Assembly: GCA_045661305.1 (NCBI GenBank)
Contig: JAZRFJ010000036.1
Span: forward strand, 2,379-66,378
Direction: 5' to 3'
DNA length: 64,000 nt
DNA from: Clostridia bacterium
GTDB taxonomy: Bacteria; Bacillota; Clostridia; UMGS1840
Shown here: piece after piece, positions 29,745 through 39,053 of the stretch
Numbering within the stretch: the stretch's first letter is position 1
Layout of the letters: each line of letters begins with the position of its first letter
Notes under the pieces: model-generated
The model's input: the letters and a program-made list of their open reading frames with translations, nothing else
Databases searched by the model: none
What the model was told of the DNA's origin: nothing
Program-made: the position numbers and the translations under genes

Positions 29745-30174
29745 AGTTTTTTATACCCGCTCCTTCTGTAACGGTAATTATCTTCTTTATTTCTTTATCT
29801 TGTACTTCGTTATTCACATAGATTTTCAAAGATACTACATTATATTTATCATCTGCCTTTGTTATGACATTTAGAACAGAAAATATATTGTTTCGTCTAT
29901 ATTTTTCCATTAATTCCCCGCTTACATTCTTTTCATATTCTGCTATTATTTTATTTTCGTATTCAGATGTGCCATAAATATAAATATCCGAATTAAATTC
30001 ATACTCTGAAAAATCAAGTCCCAGAATTTGAAAAAAAAGATATGAAAGAATAAGCAGATTAATGCAAATACCTACATATTTTTTATATTTTTTGTTGCAC
30101 ATGAAATTTTTAAGAAATTCCGCAACAACAATTATAAGAACAGTGCTTTTTAAATTAAATAAAATTTCATTCAT
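29719..30174 (-). CDS. spoIIIAF: Stage III sporulation protein AF
   Basis: Operon position and two N-terminal TM helices. Start placed at MNEILFNLK with an AGGAG RBS; the longest ORF starts at 30207. Confidence 0.7.
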   Translation of the reverse strand: MNEILFNLKSTVLIIVVAEFLKNFMCNKKYKKYVGICINLLILSYLFFQILGLDFSEYEFNSDIYIYGTSEYENKIIAEYEKNVSGELMEKYRRNNIFSVLNVITKADDKYNVVSLKIYVNNEVQDKEIKKIITVTEGAGIKNYEIAKTTD

Positions 30175-30185
30175 AATAAATCTCC

Positions 30186-30463
30186 TAGCCTGATAGTAGT
30201 TATCCAAACCCCGCCTGAAAGGGCGTTATTCCGGCTTTTTTCGACTTGTCGTTCTCGTAGGGCGACAGCCCAACTTCAAACTCCGCATCAAAAACTGCTC
30301 AAAATCCCATCCCTTTCAGGTTCTCAGAATTTTTTGCAAGCTATTTTTATGCCAATACAAGAAAAAAACGCAACCAATACTGTCGTATTGGTAAGGCTTT
30401 TGACGCAGTAGTGGCGAAAAAGAGGAAGCAAAAAACGAGTTTCGGATAGCTTCTGTCAGGCTA
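30186..30463. mobile_element. MITE-like non-coding insertion (copy A) between spoIIIAE and spoIIIAF
   Basis: Imperfect terminal inverted repeats TAGCCTGATAGTAGTTATCCAAAC (30186-30209) and GTTTCGGATAGCTTCTGTCAGGCTA (30439-30463), about 20/24 matching. Flanked by a TA dinucleotide on each side, noticeably more GC-rich than its surroundings, and without a credible ORF. Confidence 0.55.
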
Positions 30464-31513
30464 AACAAGAAGAACTATACTTATCACGGCTACAGTCGCA
30501 ACTGTACCCGTAATAGCTGAAAGTAATACCAATGTATCGGAAAGCTCACCAAAAAGAACTGTAATTTTTTCATTCCCAAAAAAACCACACATTATTTCAA
30601 GAGTTTTAAAAACAATAATTCCACATAGTAGTTTAACAATAGGTACTGCAAGTACGGCTATTATAGCAATCGTTGCAATTATTCCTGCCTGTGATTTTAA
30701 AAGCTGTACTGAAGCTAATACATTATCAGCAGATTTGGCAAGAATATTCCCCAAAAAAGGAACGCTTACTGACATAAGATTTTTCGTAGTCTTTAATAAA
30801 AAATCATCATTATATGATGAGGTTTTTAAAAATAATCCAAGAACAGAAGTATAAATTCCTACAATAAACGGTAACGATATTTTAATTAAATTTATAACCG
30901 CTTTTTTTACTGATTTAAAAATATCATTCTCTATTACCGAAGATGCTATTGCTAAAATATAATATATGTATATCATTAGAAGAAAAAAATTTTCCATAAG
31001 ATAGCAAAGTATATTTGTACTTCCAAGTGTTATAAGGGCGCCCTTAGCTGCAGAAAGCGTTTTTCCAGCTGAGGCGAGAAGTGAACAGAGATAAGGAAAG
31101 GACAAAAACATAAAATCTCCAAGCTGAAAAATACATTCCTTAGAATTTTCAAAAAGGCTTGTCATGAGTTTTGTGGACAGAAGAATACATGCACAGCTTA
31201 TAAGTGCACCTACTGCTAAGGAAATCTCTTCCGAAAGAGAAAAACACTCCTTAACTGACGAAATTACAACAATCCAGAAAAGTGACATAAAAACACTTTT
31301 CATAACAGAAAACTCGTCTATAAAAATTCTTTTAAAATATTCTTTTATGTAATTAAAATCAAAATTTTCCTCGGATGATGAAACCGCAAACTCGCTCAGT
31401 TCTCCTGCACTCGAAATAATTTCCTCAAAAGCTTCTTCGCAATAACACTTAGATGGTAAAATTAAAAAAATTAAAAAAATCAGACACAATATTTTTAACA
31501 AATATTTTTTCAT
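30461..31513 (-). CDS. spoIIIAE: Stage III sporulation protein AE
   Basis: Signal peptide plus a polytopic membrane protein at the right operon position. Start at MKKYLLK, 1 nt after the spoIIIAD stop. Confidence 0.85.
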   Translation of the reverse strand: MKKYLLKILCLIFLIFLILPSKCYCEEAFEEIISSAGELSEFAVSSSEENFDFNYIKEYFKRIFIDEFSVMKSVFMSLFWIVVISSVKECFSLSEEISLAVGALISCACILLSTKLMTSLFENSKECIFQLGDFMFLSFPYLCSLLASAGKTLSAAKGALITLGSTNILCYLMENFFLLMIYIYYILAIASSVIENDIFKSVKKAVINLIKISLPFIVGIYTSVLGLFLKTSSYNDDFLLKTTKNLMSVSVPFLGNILAKSADNVLASVQLLKSQAGIIATIAIIAVLAVPIVKLLCGIIVFKTLEIMCGFFGNEKITVLFGELSDTLVLLSAITGTVATVAVISIVLLV

Positions 31514-31514
31514 T

Positions 31515-31901
31515 TTAAAACACACTTCTTATATTCTCAATTACAGCAATAACAATAGGAAGAGTATATGCAAAAATTATTATTTTTGATGAAAGCTCAA
31601 GCTTTTTTGCAACAGCCGTTTCTCCTGCGTCTGCAATAATACTGCAAAAATATTCCGAAAGTATGCCTATCGCACATACTTTCATAACATTTTCTGCTAT
31701 CTTTCCGTCAAGTCCTGAACGCAAAAATATATCCTCTATAATATAAATTACCTTAGCAAGCGAAGTAGCAATAACAAAAAATATAAGCGTGCAGGTAACA
31801 AGAGAAACTGCCACACTGATTTCAGGAGAATTTTTCTTTAAAATTATTGCGACAACTGTACCGCACAAGCCTATAGCTATAATTTTCTTAAGTTCGTCCA
31901 T
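31515..31901 (-). CDS. spoIIIAD: Stage III sporulation protein AD
   Basis: 128-aa membrane protein; operon position. Confidence 0.85.
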   Translation of the reverse strand: MDELKKIIAIGLCGTVVAIILKKNSPEISVAVSLVTCTLIFFVIATSLAKVIYIIEDIFLRSGLDGKIAENVMKVCAIGILSEYFCSIIADAGETAVAKKLELSSKIIIFAYTLPIVIAVIENIRSVF

Positions 31902-32116
31902 CAGAAACCAAAAATTCCTTTTATCATTTCAAATAATTCTGCAACCTCACGCACAACTACAACCATAACAACAATCAGTCCTGCAAGTGTTACCATTGTC
32001 GCCTGCTCATCTCTCCCCGATTTTGAAAGAAGCTGATTTAAAACTGTAACGATTATTCCGATTGCAGCTATTTTGAATATAAGTTCGACATCCATTTCTA
32101 CATCCATTCCTTTCAT
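31901..32116 (-). CDS. spoIIIAC: Stage III sporulation protein AC
   Basis: IFKIAAIGIIVTVLNQLLSKSGRDEQATMVTLAGLIVV is typical of SpoIIIAC. Confidence 0.85.
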   Translation of the reverse strand: MKGMDVEMDVELIFKIAAIGIIVTVLNQLLSKSGRDEQATMVTLAGLIVVMVVVVREVAELFEMIKGIFGF

Positions 32117-32641
32117 TTAAAGTAAAACAAGAATTGTAACGCTTGCTATTGCATAAGTTATCGTTCTGGTTAATTTAATATTTTTTTTACATTCTTCTTT
32201 TATATTAAAAATTATATTTTCACAATCTTTCAGAACTAAATTAAAATTCTCCAGCGATGTTTTTTTATCCACCAATCCCAGAATAGCTATATAGCTTACT
32301 GCATTTTCTAAAATTTCAGGATTACAATCTATAAAATAATCTTTCATAAAATCTATTATAATCTCTCTTTGATTATAGTTATTAAGAGCCTCGCTGTCTT
32401 TTTTTAATTTTAAATATTCTTCCAAAAAAGTATCAATATATTTTGAAATACGGCCTTTTGTTCCGAAAAAAGCATCTGCTAAAACTATTTTTTTCTCTAA
32501 AACATTCATATTTACAAGTTGAAGAAGTCTGAGTAGATTTTCATTTTTTTTGATTTTTTCTTTTTCTTCGTTGTTATATGTATAAACAAAAAAAGCACTT
32601 CCAAGAGCAAAAAATAAACTCCCAATAAGCTTTAACATCAC
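32117..32641 (-). CDS. spoIIIAB: Stage III sporulation protein AB
   Basis: 174 aa with an N-terminal TM helix; operon position. Confidence 0.8.
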   Translation of the reverse strand: MMLKLIGSLFFALGSAFFVYTYNNEEKEKIKKNENLLRLLQLVNMNVLEKKIVLADAFFGTKGRISKYIDTFLEEYLKLKKDSEALNNYNQREIIIDFMKDYFIDCNPEILENAVSYIAILGLVDKKTSLENFNLVLKDCENIIFNIKEECKKNIKLTRTITYAIASVTILVLL

Positions 32642-33522
32642 TCTCTCCCTTTTTTTCTAAATACATCTGCCCTGCTGTCAATAATACATTTTCGTTCATA
32701 TGTACCATCTTTTTTTAGTGTAACAAAAAAGTCGAAAACATTTTCTTTAATAAGAGTAGATAAATTTCCAAAAACATCATCTATACTCTCACCGTGTACA
32801 GATGCTATAATTTTAACACCGCTGTAAAAGCATTTTTTAATAGCATCCACATCTTCTTTACTTCCAATTTCATCTACCACAATTACGCTCGGTGACATTG
32901 ACCTTAGCGCTCTCATTATCCCATCATATTTTTTGTAACCGCAAAAAACATCTGTTCGGAGTCCCACATCATTTTGTGTATTTCCCATAAAGCTTGCAGA
33001 AATTTCGTTTCTCTCATCAATAAGAGCTAGCCTTGTCTTTTCAATATTATCGGAAATAAGTCTTGTAATATCACGAAGAAGTGTTGTTTTTCCAATTCCT
33101 GGCGGAGCTATAACAAGTGTGTTTCCTATATTCTTATTATCAGTTATTTTTGAAAAAACTCCCTCACCTATTCCTTTCATTTCCTTTGCAATACGGATAT
33201 TAATACCTGTAATATCTCGAAGTGATTTTAATTTTTCGTTTTCATAAACTGCATCTCCGCAAAGACCTACTCTGTGTCCGCCTGTTACTGTTATAAATCC
33301 GTTTGCAATATCATCATAATATGAATATATTGAGCTTTGTGTTATTTTTTCCAAAAATTCATTTATATCATTTCTGTAAAAAATTTTTTTTGTTATAATT
33401 TCCCTCTCAGGATATAAAAAAATCACAGGCTTGTTTTTTCTTATACGGATTTCTTCTAATGTATTTGTAAAATACTCTGTTAAATCTTCAGGTAAAATTT
33501 TTGCTATAAAGCTATCTTTCAT
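32638..33522 (-). CDS. spoIIIAA: Stage III sporulation protein AA (secretion-type ATPase)
   Basis: Walker A APPGIGKTTLLRD and Walker B VIVVDEIG. First gene of the operon. Confidence 0.9.
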   Translation of the reverse strand: MKDSFIAKILPEDLTEYFTNTLEEIRIRKNKPVIFLYPEREIITKKIFYRNDINEFLEKITQSSIYSYYDDIANGFITVTGGHRVGLCGDAVYENEKLKSLRDITGINIRIAKEMKGIGEGVFSKITDNKNIGNTLVIAPPGIGKTTLLRDITRLISDNIEKTRLALIDERNEISASFMGNTQNDVGLRTDVFCGYKKYDGIMRALRSMSPSVIVVDEIGSKEDVDAIKKCFYSGVKIIASVHGESIDDVFGNLSTLIKENVFDFFVTLKKDGTYERKCIIDSRADVFRKKGRE

Positions 33523-33557
33523 ATATTATTACATTCCCTTCATTAATTTCTTATTAA

Positions 33558-33584
33558 AATATATGACAAGCCTTTTTTTAATAT
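33558..33584 (-). promoter_or_regulatory. Possible sigma-E-type promoter of spoIIIA (ATATT-14-CATATATT)
   Basis: Reading the minus strand gives ATATT, a 14-nt spacer and CATATATT, about 35 nt upstream of the spoIIIAA ATG. The sigma-E consensus is recalled from B. subtilis. Confidence 0.35.
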
Positions 33585-33741
33585 TACCTTTATTTTATTA
33601 TTTAAAATGGAAAAAATTTAAAAAGTTATTTTTGAATATAAAAAAAATATATTGATAAAAATACTACTGTCAACAAAAGAATGTTGATAAAAATAAAAAT
33701 TTGTAAAAACAAAAAAGAAAAAGATTAAGGAGATTTTAATT

Positions 33742-33933
33742 ATGTCTAAAAGCAAAAACTTAGTACCAGAAGCTAGAGAAGCTCTCAACAGATTCAAAAT
33801 GGAAGCTGCTAATGATGTAGGAGTTAACCTTAAACAGGGTTACAACGGTGACTTAACATCAAGACAGGCTGGTTCAATCGGCGGTCAGATGGTTAAGAAA
33901 ATGATTCACGAATACGAAAGCAACATGAAATAA
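33742..33933 (+). CDS. Alpha/beta-type small acid-soluble spore protein
   Basis: 63 aa with LVPEAREALNRFKMEAANDVGV...RQAGSIGGQMVKKM, a canonical SASP signature. Confidence 0.9.
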   Translation: MSKSKNLVPEAREALNRFKMEAANDVGVNLKQGYNGDLTSRQAGSIGGQMVKKMIHEYESNMK

Positions 33934-33980
33934 GTATCCTAAAAAAATAATTTTAGAATACTAACAAAAAGCAAAAAAAC

Positions 33981-34029
33981 AAAAAAACCGTTACAGAATT
34001 TTTTCAATAATATTCTGTAACGGTTTTTG
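33981..34029. terminator. Bidirectional terminator between the SASP gene and pckG
   Basis: 13-bp stem ACCGTTACAGAAT/ATTCTGTAACGGT flanked by an A-run and a T-run. Confidence 0.75.
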
Positions 34030-34055
34030 TTAAATTATATTATATTAAAATACAA

Positions 34056-35813
34056 TTAAGCAAGTCTGTTTTTCAAGCCTTCAAGTTCAGAAGCAAGTTC
34101 TTTTGGAAGCTTATCGCCAAATTTAGCAAAGAATTCGCCAATTCCTGCAATTTCTTCTGACCATACTGCTTTATCAACGCTTAAGAGTTCTGTCAATGTT
34201 TCATCAGAAATATCCAAGCCTTCAACATTGATATCAGCTTTCTTTGGAAGATATCCGATAGCTGTTTCTACAGCATCAACTTTATCGTCGCATCTGTCTA
34301 AAATCCAGTTAAGAACTCTGATGTTATCACCAAATCCAGGCCACATAAATTTGCCCTCAGCGTTTGTTCTGAACCAGTTTACATGGAAAATTTTCGGTGG
34401 GTTAGGAATTTTCTTGCCCATTTCTAACCAATGTCCGAAATAGTCACCCATGTTATATCCGCAGAATGGAATCATAGCCATAGGGTCTCTTCTTACTACA
34501 CCAACTGCACCTGCAGCTGCAGCAGTAGTTTCTGACGCCATTGTAGCACCGATGAATACACCGTGCTGCCAGTTAAATGACTGATATACGAGTGGAGCTG
34601 TTTTTGCTCTTCTTCCACCAAATACGATAGCTGAAAGCGGAACACCTTTAACTGATTCAAACTCTGAAGAAATACATGGACACTGACAAGCAGGAGCTGT
34701 AAATCTTGAGTTTGGATGTGCACCTTTTATACCGCTGTCTTTTGTCCAACGGTTGCCGAGCCAGTCTGTACCCTCTTCAGGAACTTCACCGTCAGCACCT
34801 TCCCACCAAACTGTATTATCATCTTTAACAAATACATTTGTGAAGATTGTATTTTTCATAGTTGTAGCAAGAGCGTTGTAATTTGTCTTGCTGCTTGTTC
34901 CAGGAGCAACACCGAAGAAACCTGCTTCTGGGTTTACTGCCCAAAGTCTGCCGTCTTCGCCTATTCTTAACCAAGCGATATCATCACCAACTGTGTGAAC
35001 CTTATAGCCTTTAAGCATTGCAGGCGGAATAAGCATAGCGAGATTTGTTTTACCGCATGCACTTGGGAAAGCAGCAGCGATATATTTGATTTCTCCCTGT
35101 GGGTTTTCCAAACCGAGAATAAGCATATGTTCAGCCATCCAGCCTTCTTTTTTACCAAGATAACTTGCTATACGAAGAGCCAAACATTTTTTACCAAGAA
35201 GAACATTTCCGCCGTAAGCAGAGTTGATTGACCAAATTGTATTGTCTTCTGGGAAATGAACGATATATCTTTCTTCAGGATTTACATCTTTTTTAGCATG
35301 TAAGCATTTTGTAAAGTCAGATGTATCTTTCTGGCTTTCAAGCTGTTTAATAGCCTGTGTACCAATTCTTGTCATAATAGCCATGTTAAGAACAACATAG
35401 ATACTGTCTGTAAGCTCAATACCAACTTTTGAGAATGGTGAGCCATACACACCCATAATAAACGGAATAACATACATTGTTCTTCCCTTCATTGAGCCAT
35501 CATATAATTTAGAAAGCTTTGCATACGCATCAGCCGGTGCCATCCAGTTATTTGTAGGACCTGCATCTATTTCATTTGAAGTACAAATAAATGTTCTGTC
35601 TTCAACACGCGCAACATCGTTCTGAGCTGTTCTGTGATAAAAACAACCCGGTAATTTTTCCTGATCAAGACGAATCATTTCACCTGTTCTTACTGATTCT
35701 TCTCTCAATTCATTAAGCTGCTCTTCTGAACCGTCAATCCAAACAACATTGTCAGGCTTAACGAGAGCTTTCATTTCTTCAATCCATGATAATACACTTT
35801 TGTTATCTGTCAT
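34056..35813 (-). CDS. pckG: Phosphoenolpyruvate carboxykinase (GTP)
   Basis: 585 aa with the kinase-1a motif FPSACGKTNLAML and a GTP-PEPCK family core. Confidence 0.9.
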   Translation of the reverse strand: MTDNKSVLSWIEEMKALVKPDNVVWIDGSEEQLNELREESVRTGEMIRLDQEKLPGCFYHRTAQNDVARVEDRTFICTSNEIDAGPTNNWMAPADAYAKLSKLYDGSMKGRTMYVIPFIMGVYGSPFSKVGIELTDSIYVVLNMAIMTRIGTQAIKQLESQKDTSDFTKCLHAKKDVNPEERYIVHFPEDNTIWSINSAYGGNVLLGKKCLALRIASYLGKKEGWMAEHMLILGLENPQGEIKYIAAAFPSACGKTNLAMLIPPAMLKGYKVHTVGDDIAWLRIGEDGRLWAVNPEAGFFGVAPGTSSKTNYNALATTMKNTIFTNVFVKDDNTVWWEGADGEVPEEGTDWLGNRWTKDSGIKGAHPNSRFTAPACQCPCISSEFESVKGVPLSAIVFGGRRAKTAPLVYQSFNWQHGVFIGATMASETTAAAAGAVGVVRRDPMAMIPFCGYNMGDYFGHWLEMGKKIPNPPKIFHVNWFRTNAEGKFMWPGFGDNIRVLNWILDRCDDKVDAVETAIGYLPKKADINVEGLDISDETLTELLSVDKAVWSEEIAGIGEFFAKFGDKLPKELASELEGLKNRLA

Positions 35814-35877
35814 TTCAGAAATCCTCCTTTTAATTATAAGTATATATTTTATATTTTATCCAAAATAAGCCAAGTGA

Positions 35878-35895
35878 ATGTTAATTTTTTAACAA
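35878..35895 (-). promoter_or_regulatory. Rex-type operator overlapping the pckG transcription start region
   Basis: aTGTTAA-TTTT-TTAACAA matches 17/18 positions of TTGTTAAnnnnTTAACAA. Lies 10-27 nt downstream of the putative -10. Confidence 0.5.
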
Positions 35896-35904
35896 AACCT
35901 TGTG

Positions 35905-35933
35905 AAAATATGAGACCTTTTTACAAGTGTCAA
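35905..35933 (-). promoter_or_regulatory. Putative pckG promoter (TTGACA-17-TATTTT)
   Basis: On the minus strand, -35 TTGACA (35933-35928), a 17-nt spacer and -10 TATTTT. Confidence 0.45.
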
Positions 35934-36003
35934 TTTATTATACACCATATAAGGCAAAAATGCAAGAGGAAAAACAAAAAAATTCATTTTTTTCGTCTTT
36001 TTT

Positions 36004-36810
36004 TTATTTTTTTGCCATTTTGTATATAAAATCACTTATTTTTTTGAAATCTTGTAGTGATAATGTTTCACCGCGAGCCATAATATCTATACCACATGAA
36101 GTAATAACATTGTTAGCTTCTTCTCTTGTGAAACCATAACTTCCCATAAGGCAATTGGCAAAAGTCTTTCTTCTGTTTGAAAAAGCAGCCTTTACAACTC
36201 TGAAAAATTCTTTTTCGTCAATAGGTTTTACTCTCGGTTCAGGCAAAAAGTCCATTTTTACAACAGCAGAAGTAACTTTAGGTACAGGGTCAAAACAAAA
36301 TCTGTCAACAACAAACTGTATTTCACAGTCGCAATAATATCTGCAAAGAACTGACAATGCACCGTAATCCTTTGATTTTTCGTCAGCACAAATTCTCTTT
36401 GCTACCTCATGCTGTACCATAACTGTCATTGATTTTAAGTTATATCTGCTCTCCAAAATATTTGTTATTATAGGTGTTGTTATATAATATGGTAAATTTG
36501 CAACAATAATTGTATTATCCGTGATAAACTCACTTATATCAGTTTTTAAAATATCCTGCTTTATAAGACGGAAATTTTCAAAACAAGAAAACGAATTTTC
36601 AAGATTTTCATATAATCTTTCATCAATTTCAACTGCAGTAAGTGATTTACCCACTTTCACAAGATACTTTGTAACTGCTCCAAGACCGGGACCGATTTCA
36701 ATAATATCAGTTTCTTTATTTGCGCCTGAAGAGTCTACAATATTTTCTATTACACTTTCATCTTTTAAAAAATTTTGTCCCAAAGATTTTTTTGCAGCAA
36801 TTTTCTTCAT
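36004..36810 (-). CDS. rsmA: 16S rRNA (adenine1518/1519-N6)-dimethyltransferase
   Basis: KKSLGQNFL, SAM motif IIEIGPGLGAVT and NLPYYITTP. Start placed at MKKIAAKK; the longest ORF starts at 36852. Confidence 0.9.
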   Translation of the reverse strand: MKKIAAKKSLGQNFLKDESVIENIVDSSGANKETDIIEIGPGLGAVTKYLVKVGKSLTAVEIDERLYENLENSFSCFENFRLIKQDILKTDISEFITDNTIIVANLPYYITTPIITNILESRYNLKSMTVMVQHEVAKRICADEKSKDYGALSVLCRYYCDCEIQFVVDRFCFDPVPKVTSAVVKMDFLPEPRVKPIDEKEFFRVVKAAFSNRRKTFANCLMGSYGFTREEANNVITSCGIDIMARGETLSLQDFKKISDFIYKMAKK

Positions 36811-36888
36811 ATATACTCTTGTACCTTTCTTCCTATATATGAGTAATGCCAAGGATCACCGAAAAAAATCCCTGGCATTTTTCACTTT

Positions 36889-37944
36889 TTACTCTAAAAT
36901 ATAAACATTTACGCTTCTTCTGCCAAATTGCAGACATTCGCTTCTTGTATCCATAAATAAGTCAATTTTATTTCCGCGAATTGCACCGCCTCTGTCGCCT
37001 GCTACTGCATATCCATATGTGAAACTTCCGTCTGTTGACTCAATATAAAGTCTTGTTCCAAGCGGAATTACAGATGTATCAACAGCAACAACGCCTCTTC
37101 TTGCACGCATACCTGAAGCTGTTATACCATATGCCGGATGGTCCGGATGTTTACCACAGCTTTCATAGCTTAAGTCGTAAGCCGTCGCGGTCATTCTGAT
37201 AACATTCTTATATCTGAAAGATGCTCCGGCATCACGGGATGCAAGTTTTACGCCTGTTGTGCCATATTTTTTCACCTGATTTACAGGCTCTCGAAGAACG
37301 GTTTCTTCAGCGATTTCTTTTGAAATAACTTCATTATTTCTTTTAACAACCTTGTAGCAAACCTCTCTCAAACCGTCTTTTCCCTCGTTTGTTATCTTAC
37401 TCTCTCCTGCCTTGGAAGAATAATCAGGAACTAAAACAGTTTTAAAAGGCATTACTTCAGTAACAGTTTCATAAGTTACTTCTGCTGTCTGTAAGCTGAG
37501 CTTTGCTCCGCTTTCAAGACGTGCTGTAAGCGGCAGAGATAAAACATCATATTCGCCTACACTTAATTTGTTTTCATAAAGAAAATCATTAACGGTTGTT
37601 TTTGTAGTATAAATCTTTTTCTTCTCACCATTAAGCTCAAATTCAATTTCAAACGCTTTTGTAATTGCCAATGTCTGATTATTGTAAATCTTACTTTCAG
37701 GCAAAGCAGAAATTTCATCATACTTGCAAAAGTCAATATCGTAAGTATCGATTACGCCAGCAACAGTAGAATTAAAAACAAACAACTCTGTTTTTTCCCC
37801 GTCAATATCAATCACAATGTTCTTTCCGAATACTGATGCTGAAAACAAAATTAAAAAGACTACGACGGTTAGTAGTACTGCCGATACAGACAACTGTTCT
37901 TTTGCAGCATAAGCCTTATAATTGGCTATTCCCGTTTTTATCAA
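36889..37944 (-). CDS. YabE-like cell-wall protein (DUF348 repeats, G5 domain, C-terminal 3D domain)
   Basis: N-terminal TM helix, a G5-like segment and a 3D domain (TASGMRARRGVVAVD...GDRGGAIRGNKIDLFMD). The yabE-rsmA synteny is as in Bacillus. Confidence 0.75.
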   Translation of the reverse strand: MIKTGIANYKAYAAKEQLSVSAVLLTVVVFLILFSASVFGKNIVIDIDGEKTELFVFNSTVAGVIDTYDIDFCKYDEISALPESKIYNNQTLAITKAFEIEFELNGEKKKIYTTKTTVNDFLYENKLSVGEYDVLSLPLTARLESGAKLSLQTAEVTYETVTEVMPFKTVLVPDYSSKAGESKITNEGKDGLREVCYKVVKRNNEVISKEIAEETVLREPVNQVKKYGTTGVKLASRDAGASFRYKNVIRMTATAYDLSYESCGKHPDHPAYGITASGMRARRGVVAVDTSVIPLGTRLYIESTDGSFTYGYAVAGDRGGAIRGNKIDLFMDTRSECLQFGRRSVNVYILE

Positions 37945-38290
37945 ATTGTTTCCCCCTATTTTTTATTAGCAACTTTGTTTTTCTTTAAAATCAAAGAAAT
38001 TTTCTTTATAAATTGCTTGTTATTTTTTCGGATTGTCATCAATTATAACACAATTCCCCATTTTTGTCAAGTTTTTTTTGCTTTTGATGACATTATTTTG
38101 TAAATTCTTTGTAATTTTTTTGTCACAATTCCTCGTAATATCAATAATTTCGGACAAAAATTCATTTTTAGAAAAATTAACAAAAATAAGAAAATCTATT
38201 ATCATATTACACATTGAATTAAAAAAATATACCTGTTCATTCCATAAAATTCCTTGTGTTAAAAAAAAATTTATTTTTTACCAAAAAAGC

Positions 38291-38319
38291 TTGACAAACA
38301 TTAAACTATCTGCTATAAT
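38291..38319 (+). promoter_or_regulatory. Consensus sigma-70 promoter of tRNA-Leu (TTGACA-17-TATAAT)
   Basis: Exact -35 and -10 hexamers with a 17-nt spacer, 29 nt upstream of the tRNA. Confidence 0.7.
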
Positions 38320-38347
38320 ATCATTCGTTGGTAAAAATTAAATATAT

Positions 38348-38431
38348 GCGAGTGTGCTGGAATCGGCAGACAGGCACGTTTGAGGGGCGTGTGTCTTTGG
38401 CGTATGGGTTCAAGTCCCATCACTCGCACCA
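38348..38431 (+). tRNA. tRNA-Leu(GAG), type II with long variable arm, CCA encoded
   Basis: Acceptor GCGAGTG/CACTCGC, anticodon stem CACGT/GCGTG with loop TTGAGGG, T-arm ATGGG-TTCAAGT-CCCAT. A terminator hairpin follows. Confidence 0.85.
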
Positions 38432-38546
38432 GAAAAAGAACATCTTACAGGTGTTCTTTTTTGTATAACTAAAATTCAACATTTGACAATTACATTAATA
38501 TATGTTAAAATCATTATATAATATATAATGAAAGGAAAATATAAAA

Positions 38547-39053
38547 ATGACAGTAAAAGAAGCTATATTAAAAAGAAGAAGTATAAGAAGATATAAAGAA
38601 AACGAAATTATACCTGATGAACATATAAAAGAAATACTCACATCTGCAATGCACGCACCGAGTGCATGTAACACTCGCCCCTGGGAATTTATTGTTTTGA
38701 AAAGTAAAGAGGCAAGAGAAAAGGCAGCAGAAATCCATCCTTATGCTCATTTTGTGCGTTACGGGTCTTTAGGTATTATTGTGTCTGCTGATGAAGAATG
38801 TCAGGAAGGTATTGCAAAAGGATATTTCCCACAGGACTGCGGCGCTGCTATCCAAAATATGCTCCTTTGTGCATTAGAGCTTGGCTATGGCTCATGTTGG
38901 TGCGGACTTTATCCGCAAGAACAAAGAGTAAAAGATTTTAAAGAGGTATTTGACATTAAAGGAACACCTGTTGCACTCGTTGTTATAGGTGTTGCAGACC
39001 AGGAACCTGAAGCGAGAGGCTATTATGATGAAAGTAAGGTTAAAGTAATATGA
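38547..39053 (+). CDS. Nitroreductase-family protein
   Basis: 168 aa with RRSIRRY...APSACNTRPWEF, typical of the FMN nitroreductase fold. Confidence 0.8.
   Translation: MTVKEAILKRRSIRRYKENEIIPDEHIKEILTSAMHAPSACNTRPWEFIVLKSKEAREKAAEIHPYAHFVRYGSLGIIVSADEECQEGIAKGYFPQDCGAAIQNMLLCALELGYGSCWCGLYPQEQRVKDFKEVFDIKGTPVALVVIGVADQEPEARGYYDESKVKVI

Noticed and set aside
28381-30463. The idea that the two inverted element copies mediate inversion of the spoIIIAF-AH segment
   Set aside because: The shared core is only ~66 nt at ~73 percent identity, too diverged for homologous recombination. No site-specific recombinase is nearby, and the current orientation gives an intact operon.
33634-33741. Sigma-G-type promoter upstream of the SASP gene
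   Set aside because: GAATA-like and CATACTA-like elements are present, but their spacing (~21 nt) does not fit the 17-18-nt consensus I recall. It cannot be supported.
38020-38341. Two overlapping ORFs (64 and 102 aa) in the AT-rich gap upstream of tRNA-Leu
   Set aside because: Extremely AT-rich, with Lys/Ile/Phe-rich translations and no RBS. The region contains the tRNA promoter instead.
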